IMG/VR virus record: IMGVR_UViG_3300044547_000928 | Location: 3,862 to 67,861 of that record | Strand: one strand, 5' to 3' | DNA length: 64,000 nucleotides | DNA from: a virus | Part shown: positions 16,175 to 22,519 of the stretch, in pieces | Numbering within the stretch: position 1 is the first letter of the stretch | How the letters are laid out: every line of letters begins with the position of its first letter | Program-made: the position numbers and the translations under genes | Notes under the pieces: generated by a model | Seen by the model: the letters and a program-made list of their open reading frames with translations, nothing else | Databases searched by the model: none | What the model was told of the DNA's origin: nothing

Positions 16175-16557
16175 CCGCCGAGGGAACTGAGCCGAGGAGA
16201 GGCGCGCGGGCTTCGCACTCCAGGGCTCACCCAAGGGCGCACGAGGGCGACGCAGGGCTTCCGCAAGGAGGAGGGCCAGGGCGTTGGCTGGCGTTGGCGT
16301 CCCCGCAGGAGGGGCGCGCGGGCTTCCGCTGGCGTTCAGAAAAAAAACAGAGGGTCGCGGGTCAAGGGCGTTCACGCCAAGGGTTGGCACCAGGGCGCTC
16401 CCAGGGCTTCAGGTGGTGCGCGCAAATAATCGTCCAACTGAGGGCTTATCCGAGGGGGAAGGGTCGCGAGGGTGGCGCAAGGGTGATATGCCGTTGATAT
16501 ATCACGGGAGGAGGGTCGCGAGGGTTGGCGAGGCTCACGCCCCGCCCGCCGTTGGCG

Positions 16558-16671
16558 TCAGTCCACCGCCTTGTAGCAACAATCGAGGCAGTAGCCCTCA
16601 GCGCCCTCAACCTTGTCGTTCAGGCAATCGCTTGCCTCGCACTTATTGTCTATGTCGTGTGTGTTTGTCAT
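16558..16671 (-). CDS. Leaderless Cys-rich micro-protein (37 aa), the only minus-strand gene called in the early region
   Basis: Minus-strand promoter TTGCAT(16706-16701)-17-TATACT, ATG 6 nt later; CEASDC...YCLDCC. Confidence 0.62.
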   Translation of the reverse strand: MTNTHDIDNKCEASDCLNDKVEGAEGYCLDCCYKAVD

Positions 16672-16677
16672 AATAAT

Positions 16678-16758
16678 AGTATAGCACGCTATAGCATACA
16701 ATGCAACTCAAATAAATAATAATTTGGGGTTGCCGTGCGCGACTTAGTGTGCTATAAT
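16678..16758. promoter_or_regulatory. Back-to-back divergent promoters sharing an AT tract
   Basis: Minus TTGCAT-17-TATACT; plus TTGCCG(16730)-17-TATAAT. Confidence 0.8.
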
Positions 16759-16788
16759 AGTATTCTAACCTAGTGAGAGGAAAATACA

Positions 16789-17079
16789 ATGGGCAACTTA
16801 CACGCAGACGGCGCTTGGATAGAATTCACCAAGTGGCGCGACACCTGCATAAACTCAACCAATATCGAGAATGTCTATATGGCAGGCGATACACGCTACA
16901 CCTTGCAACTCTCGCGTAAGCAACAGCGCGACTGCGCGGTGGTGGGCGCGGTGTACCGTGCAATTCACACGGACGCCGAGACGGGCGTTACCCAAGCCGT
17001 CAAGGCAGGCTCATTCCGCATTGAGCCGAACGGCGAGGTGACACGCTACCCAGTGGGGTTGCGCGCGTTACTCCGCTAA
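16789..17079 (+). CDS. Hypothetical protein (GSFRIEPNG.V.R.P motif)
   Basis: GAGAGGA RBS. Confidence 0.8.
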   Translation: MGNLHADGAWIEFTKWRDTCINSTNIENVYMAGDTRYTLQLSRKQQRDCAVVGAVYRAIHTDAETGVTQAVKAGSFRIEPNGEVTRYPVGLRALLR

Positions 17080-17091
17080 ATAAGTGGAAAA

Positions 17092-17137
17092 ATAGTGCGG
17101 GTTGGTGGTTGCAATTACTGCCAACCCGTGCTATAAT
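17092..17137 (+). promoter_or_regulatory. Hairpin-promoter cassette
   Basis: ATAGTGCGGGTTGGTGGT / ACTGCCAACCCGTGCTAT; TTGCAA-17-TATAAT. Confidence 0.85.
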
Positions 17138-17276
17138 ATAAGTATGAGATAGCGCGACAGAGCCCCGCTAAAAAGGCGGCGCGGGGTGCTGGCGTTGGCG
17201 TGAGGGCGCAGAGGGTCGAGCCAAGGGCGCAAGGGTCGAGGGAAACGCTCAAGGGTCGAGGGCAGGGACCAGACCG

Positions 17277-17329
17277 CCCGAGGAACGGAAGCGCGAAATA
17301 AACCCGAACCCAAGGAAACACCATATTCT
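17277..17329. repeat. Three-part dispersed element, copy 5
   Basis: CCCGAGGAACGG-N7-AAATAAA-N17-ACCATATTCT. Confidence 0.9.
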
Positions 17330-17343
17330 TGGCGCAGGGGCCG

Positions 17344-17481
17344 TGATATATCTCTGATATATCACGGCAAAACCCACAAAACGCGGGTCGGTGATATATC
17401 ACCAAGATATCACGCCCGTGATATATCACACTCTCCGCGTTCGCCGTTGAGAGTTATCCACAGGCTAAAAAGTTATCCACA
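17344..17481. promoter_or_regulatory. Cluster of four TGATATATC dyads and two DnaA boxes
   Basis: Dyads at 17344, 17355, 17392, 17419; TTATCCACA at 17454 and 17473. Confidence 0.85.
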
Positions 17482-17737
17482 AGGCTACGCCGTCACCGTC
17501 TCGCGCCGTTGCCCGTCTCACCGTCTCGCGCGCCGTCTCGCCGTGTCTATATATAGCGCGCCGTCAATTTGGGCAGATATCGCGGAAACCCTTACGGCGT
17601 AAGGCTTAGACGGGATAACGGGAAAATATAAAAAAAAATTAGAAAATATGCGCATATTCCGCACATTCTGCCATTCAGTCGGCTAAATTGTTCTCACTGG
17701 CGAAACGCGCCAGCACCTAATGAAAGAGAGTTACCCA

Positions 17738-17995
17738 ATGAACACAAGCCCATTCACTACGGCGGAACTAATCCGCCTACCGCGTAACGCTTACGCATAC
17801 CGAAACAGGTTCGGCGTGTGGGGTATTCGTCAAGACGCCGTCAGTGTTGAGACAGTCGTAGAGACTGGCAATAACCAACCACTACGCCCATCGGATTACT
17901 ACCTAGCACCCGTTGACAGTGTCGTTATCGCAAGCCGTCAAGCACGCGCGACACAAGTAGAGCGTTCACTAGAGAGCGCGAACTACTGGAACTAG
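17738..17995 (+). CDS. Hypothetical protein
   Basis: GAAAGAG before ATG 17738. Confidence 0.62.
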   Translation: MNTSPFTTAELIRLPRNAYAYRNRFGVWGIRQDAVSVETVVETGNNQPLRPSDYYLAPVDSVVIASRQARATQVERSLESANYWN

Positions 17996-18123
17996 TCCAG
18001 TAGGTGAATGTCACCGCGTACCCCTCGCGCGGTGACATTCCTAGAGTGCCTAGACAAGTGCTAGACATTCTAGGAATGGTAAAACATTCACAACAACAAC
18101 AACAACAGAAACGGAACAACATA

Positions 18124-18810
18124 ATGAAAACTACATTCACACAAAAATTAGATAACTACATAGAAAAAACTAGCGGAATGATTACAATTCTTAGCCTTAT
18201 TGGTGTTTTCGTTGGGGCATTGTTCGCATTGTCACTTGCGCACGATTACAACACGGGAACGGCTAACGCGTTCGGAATTGTAATTTTCTTAGTGTTTTTC
18301 GGCGTATGTCTCGGCGGAATGGGAACCTGGATATTCGTTGAGAAAGTAGGCGAACAGAACACCGCGAACACGGCTAAGCACCTACACGCCTACTACAAGA
18401 ACGAACTAGACAAAGTGCGCGTAGCACTACACGCCGACAAGAACGCCGACACTGGCGCGCTAGTCGCGCAAGCCAACTACCTCTCGCGCGAATTGTTCCG
18501 CGTTCGTGAACTTGCCGAAACGCAAGAGACAGAGATAGACGCGCTAGAGCGTGACTTAGTGAAAACGGAACAGCGCAAGAACTTTGCCCTACGCGATATG
18601 GCAACGGCAGAGCGTCAGCGTGACGGCTACCGTTCACTATGCGACACGAACGAACTACTAAAGAACGCGCTACGCGAGACACACGCACGCAAAGAACGCG
18701 AATTAGTGGCAGACCTTGCGCACGCACGCGAACTACTGGCGCGGTTCGGACTTGACCTAGTAGAACACGAACAGGCAGACGCCTACGCGCAAGAGAACTA
18801 CACGCGCTAG
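18124..18810 (+). CDS. Membrane protein, two TM helices plus coiled coil
   Basis: Two hydrophobic segments, then a heptad-rich tail; start at ATG 18124 inferred. Confidence 0.72.
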   Translation: MKTTFTQKLDNYIEKTSGMITILSLIGVFVGALFALSLAHDYNTGTANAFGIVIFLVFFGVCLGGMGTWIFVEKVGEQNTANTAKHLHAYYKNELDKVRVALHADKNADTGALVAQANYLSRELFRVRELAETQETEIDALERDLVKTEQRKNFALRDMATAERQRDGYRSLCDTNELLKNALRETHARKERELVADLAHARELLARFGLDLVEHEQADAYAQENYTR

Positions 18811-18909
18811 TCACTAAGTACCGCGCAACACGGCGCGCACATTCTCACCCGTTGAGAGTGTGCGCGCCGTTCGCGTATATATGGGAACACACACACGACA
18901 CGAAAGAGA

Positions 18910-19191
18910 ATGAGAATGAACTACTACACACGCACACGAAAACACTGGCGAAAGTACTGGCGAACGGTACGCGCCGAAACACTGGCGAACCTGTACGGCA
19001 CGACACGACACGACACGCGCGCGCACGCGTTCACGCTTGCCGACATAGAGCCCGACACGGAACTAGACACGGAACTAGACACGGCGCAAGTATGGGAACT
19101 ACCGACACGGCGCGACACTCTCACACTGGCAGAGTGGCGCGATATGCGGAACGACATAGACGCGACACACAACACGGCAGACGATTACTAG
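18910..19191 (+). CDS. Hypothetical protein
   Basis: GAAAGAG RBS; low-complexity DTEL repeats. Confidence 0.5.
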   Translation: MRMNYYTRTRKHWRKYWRTVRAETLANLYGTTRHDTRAHAFTLADIEPDTELDTELDTAQVWELPTRRDTLTLAEWRDMRNDIDATHNTADDY

Positions 19192-19322
19192 GCGCGCGCT
19201 ACGCGTAGCCCCTGAGACACGCCTAGACGCGCTTAGACGCGCGCTAGGCACTCTCACGCCCAGACACACGCAACGGCACGCCGAACGCGTTAGAACGCAC
19301 TAGAACGCGCCTACGGCGAAGG

Positions 19323-19434
19323 CGAACAAGTGTTCGGGCAGAGGCTTTATCCACAGGTTATCCACAGGCAAGCGACCACTCAGAGTGTGATATATCAGAT
19401 ACCCCCCCACCCCCCTAAAGCGAACATATGTTCG
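19323..19434. promoter_or_regulatory. Terminal site cluster: LexA box, two DnaA boxes, TGATATATCA, C-tract, LexA box
   Basis: CGAACAAGTGTTCG 19323; TTATCCACA 19347 and 19358; TGATATATCA 19388; CGAACATATGTTCG 19421. Confidence 0.82.
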
Positions 19435-19571
19435 GTCAGGAATTTTTATTTAGCGTCCCCCACATTTTTTACCTGTAATCACCTGTATAGGTGACCTGTC
19501 CTATGTATGGTCCCGATACCACACTGCTGCCATCAAAGTCAGCGCTGATAGTAGAACTAGTAGGTCCATGA

Positions 19572-20060
19572 CTAAAACTTCAAATGTTCTGGTGAGATGA
19601 GTCGCGTATCATCTGGTGAATAGTTTGCAGGAGTACCAAGTTCCCAAGCCTTGTCATACTCAATCCAGCCAAAGATTTCACAGATGCGAAGTTCAGGCAT
19701 GAATGGTTTAGCAACAAACAAGATTAAACCCTTGCCCAAGTCCTTGCGCCGCACTGCGGCGGTATCCCGAGTACGAAGTCTCCGTACTTCAATGTTGCTT
19801 CCAACATCAGGTTGCCCCCTGTACTTGCCGTGTTCTTGTGCATTCCATACATGACCAGACCAATATCTGTTGGTGTACTTTGCTACTGATAGTTCTGCTA
19901 CACAAGCAGCAACTTGAGCAGTACGGTCGTCTTCCATGCGACTCTTGTCGTAATAAGCAGCATCGCTCTTGCCCCAGTTCTCGATGTATCTACGAGTGCC
20001 TACATGGGAAGCCCATTCGTATTCCCAAGGTTCTAGTGTGATGACGATAGGTGTGTTCAT
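19572..20060 (-). CDS. Conserved phage protein, possibly PD-(D/E)XK-like
   Basis: ATGA coupling to the upstream gene; AEL.VAK, PDVG.NIEVR motifs. Confidence 0.75.
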   Translation of the reverse strand: MNTPIVITLEPWEYEWASHVGTRRYIENWGKSDAAYYDKSRMEDDRTAQVAACVAELSVAKYTNRYWSGHVWNAQEHGKYRGQPDVGSNIEVRRLRTRDTAAVRRKDLGKGLILFVAKPFMPELRICEIFGWIEYDKAWELGTPANYSPDDTRLISPEHLKF

Positions 20061-20812
20061 TTCTTTCTCCATATGAGTTGATTGTTGACTAGGGAACAAA
20101 CTGCTCTCTTACCGTTAATCCGAGTCTGCCCGTAACGATAGAGACAAGCCCTGCCAAAGGCAGGTCTAGCGGGGAGCACAGTAATAGTTACAATGGGTGC
20201 TACTGTGGCAGGTAATGAGACAGTTGTGGAAGATGTGGGAGTGGGAAATGCGCCGAGCCCTGCAGGCGATGAAGCAATCACCAACGCCCCAGGTAGGACT
20301 ATCGTCTTACTCCAAGAAGAATTTAAGCCATAGTCGTATTTCACCGCAATTTCGAGATGGTATGAACCAGCGTACATATAAGACTGAATCTGCACAGGCC
20401 CGAATGCAAAGTATGGGCTACAAGGGTTATCGGAAGAACACTTCACATTATAATAGCCCATCGGATTACCATCAGATGACCCTGCGTAACCAATCGAATA
20501 CCCCCGACCAGTAAGAGTGTGGACAAGGGTTCCATCAGCAATCCAGAAGTTACCCATTGGGTTATTGATTCCAATACGAAGTCCTCTGATTTGAACTGGA
20601 GCAGTAACTACCTCAGGTAGTCGCAGATAACCATCAAGACCTCTGATTTGGGTGAATGATTGGATGTATGCAGCACCATCTAAAGTGGGGCAATTTTCCC
20701 AGCAAAAGCCGTTCTCATCCCAAGACAAATTTTGTGAACGAACAGGAATGGGACCGTATAGGAAGATTATAAGAGAGAGTAAAATTCCAAAAATCTTTTT
20801 TGCTTTCCTCAC
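20057..20812 (-). CDS. Secreted or membrane-anchored protein
   Basis: Signal-peptide-like N-terminus, Thr/Pro linker, small Cys-paired C-terminal domain. Confidence 0.7.
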   Translation of the reverse strand: MRKAKKIFGILLSLIIFLYGPIPVRSQNLSWDENGFCWENCPTLDGAAYIQSFTQIRGLDGYLRLPEVVTAPVQIRGLRIGINNPMGNFWIADGTLVHTLTGRGYSIGYAGSSDGNPMGYYNVKCSSDNPCSPYFAFGPVQIQSYMYAGSYHLEIAVKYDYGLNSSWSKTIVLPGALVIASSPAGLGAFPTPTSSTTVSLPATVAPIVTITVLPARPAFGRACLYRYGQTRINGKRAVCSLVNNQLIWRKK

Positions 20813-20991
20813 AGGTCGCGCATCCGAACTTTGTCCGATGTCCAGCGCATCTGATAGGCGCGGCGTGCGGCGTTGGACTCAAGGCGTCGGGTGCGTTCAG
20901 GTTCAGGAAGTTGCATAATCTTCTCTACGCGCTTCTTATTCTTTCTCTCGCGTTCATATGCTTTGCGTGCTTCAGGGTCTTTAAGTGGCAT
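20809..20991 (-). CDS. Small basic protein
   Basis: MPLKDPEARKAYERERK; GAGGA RBS. Confidence 0.7.
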   Translation of the reverse strand: MPLKDPEARKAYERERKNKKRVEKIMQLPEPERTRRLESNAARRAYQMRWTSDKVRMRDL

Positions 20992-20999
20992 TGATTTCC

Positions 21000-21479
21000 T
21001 CAGTCTGTAAAGGGTCTTTGTTTAGCACCAACAAGTGCTGCTTCTTCTGGAGTACAAGTCATTCTAGTGCCGCGAAAGCCTACAGGGCAGATTCTATCTT
21101 TTTCCATTACCCAAAGGTGATATTGATTTGCCTCATCAATTAGTTCTGATTCACGAGGATAAATCTCGATTGCTTCGTATTCTTCACCTACTAATTCATT
21201 CTTGATTCGCTGTAGGGCACGCCAGTCATGGATTGCCTTTTTATCCCTACGCTTAATGGACAGATACTTCCAGGTATGCCCGTCTTCGTCTTTAATGTCT
21301 TTCATATTGACTTGATAAACATCGTTAACAAAGCATTCAGTCTCTTGGCGCCACCTCATCATCTCTTCCCATTGGTCTTGAGAGATGTGGTCTGGCTTGC
21401 CAGTGGCTGGGTAATTGCCGATATGCCACTCGCCCCATGTCCGTGGTTGAGTCCGCCCTGACTTCTTTTTCTTGGTCAT
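21000..21479 (-). CDS. Conserved phage protein (LSIKR.D...HDWR.LQ.IKNE...E.YP...NQYHLW)
   Basis: AAAGGAGA RBS; TG-TATACT -10 at about 21512-21520 on the minus strand. Confidence 0.82.
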   Translation of the reverse strand: MTKKKKSGRTQPRTWGEWHIGNYPATGKPDHISQDQWEEMMRWRQETECFVNDVYQVNMKDIKDEDGHTWKYLSIKRRDKKAIHDWRALQRIKNELVGEEYEAIEIYPRESELIDEANQYHLWVMEKDRICPVGFRGTRMTCTPEEAALVGAKQRPFTD

Positions 21480-21570
21480 TATTTTCTCCTTTATTAGGTT
21501 GACATCAGTATAGCACCACATTTATACTTTCGTTGTGATACTCTTTTATCAACCTTGTTAGGAGGTGAAT

Positions 21571-21771
21571 GTGATGATATTCGAAAAAGGAATATTTGTA
21601 GAGCATAAGAATGTGCGACAGAAAGTTAATGTCGGTTGTGCATTGTGCTTCACAGGAATCGCAGACGCGAGAAGTCATGTAGGCTCTCCGTTCTGTGAAG
21701 AGCAAAGCATTGCATCTGGTGGCCGTTGGGCTCATTGCCAGTGTGATACTTGCAAATCAGCAACTAACTGA
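21571..21771 (+). CDS. Cys-rich small protein
   Basis: AGGAGGT RBS; CALC...HCQCDTC. Confidence 0.6.
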   Translation: MMIFEKGIFVEHKNVRQKVNVGCALCFTGIADARSHVGSPFCEEQSIASGGRWAHCQCDTCKSATN

Positions 21772-21920
21772 TTTTAAAACAAAATTAGCAAGTGGCAAGT
21801 TGTGGATACTTTAGTCCCCAAGCAAGGGTTTGGTAGCGGGAGGGAATAGTAAATGGCATCGAATAGGGGAATTATACAAGATGGAAAAATTACAAAAAAA
21901 CTTTTACGGGTCTCTTAATC

Positions 21921-22244
21921 ATGGCTGAAAAAGTAAGAGGCGGAATGCCCAAGTCGGATTGGAAGCGACAACTTTCAGACGATGCCCTAAATCGTCTTCA
22001 GCGACGCAAACTAGTTCTTGAAACTCTACGCAAACAAACTGCTATTGCAGAACAAAGGCTCCGTAATGACATTTTTAATACATGGAGAACTGGTGAAGGA
22101 ACAATGCGCGCTATTGGCGAAGCATGTGGTTACACGACTAACTGGATTTCTCTCTTGATTCAACGAATTAAGAACGATGACACTTTGCTTGAACAAGCAA
22201 TTGAAGATTGGATGAAGGAAAATCCTGGTGAGGAACTCAAATGA
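21921..22244 (+). CDS. Putative HTH DNA-binding protein
   Basis: TMRAIGEACGYTTNWISLLI helix-turn-helix pattern. Confidence 0.68.
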   Translation: MAEKVRGGMPKSDWKRQLSDDALNRLQRRKLVLETLRKQTAIAEQRLRNDIFNTWRTGEGTMRAIGEACGYTTNWISLLIQRIKNDDTLLEQAIEDWMKENPGEELK

Positions 22245-22519
22245 GTGACGAGAAAAAAGAAGTGAAACACCGAAGCATTATCCGAGAGTCTTTGACCTGG
22301 CCTAAAAAGGTGACAGAGGAAAAGTATCCGTGGAAAGAATGGTTTGATGGTCATGTGTGGAGACTTAAGCAAGGCGAAGACTTTGATGTTGATATGAGGT
22401 CATTCCGTGCTGCTATTTATATGGCTGCCGATAGGTACGGTTACAAAGTAAAGACTCATATCCCTCGCAAGAAGGACTGTATTTTTATTCAGAAGATTGG
22501 TAAAAAAGATGGCAACTAG
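22241..22519 (+). CDS. Conserved phage protein (KYPW.EW.DG..W.L..GEDF)
   Basis: ATGA overlap; recurring phage motif. Confidence 0.75.
   Translation: MSDEKKEVKHRSIIRESLTWPKKVTEEKYPWKEWFDGHVWRLKQGEDFDVDMRSFRAAIYMAADRYGYKVKTHIPRKKDCIFIQKIGKKDGN

Noticed and set aside
7683-17137. Hairpin cassettes as integron attC sites
   Set aside because: No conserved RYYYAAC/GTTRRRY ends or extrahelical bases, no integrase in the window; the geometry is explained by -35/-10 spacing.
14166-17429. Long GC-rich ORFs in the track (for example 14166-14591, 15387-15716, 16284-16673, 17115-17429)
   Set aside because: Pro/Arg/Gly-rich shadow frames across repeat spacers, with no RBS or promoter; treated as non-coding.
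18004-18123. Poly-Gln N-terminal extension of the 18004-18810 ORF
   Set aside because: The CAA run matches the A/C-rich leaders of other early genes and the segment upstream is hairpin-rich; the true start is more likely ATG 18124.
2428-19434. Dispersed and tandem repeats as a CRISPR array
   Set aside because: Repeats are degenerate, and the spacing is either about 22 bp total or kilobases; no cas operon. The Cas4-like gene is a typical stand-alone phage exonuclease.
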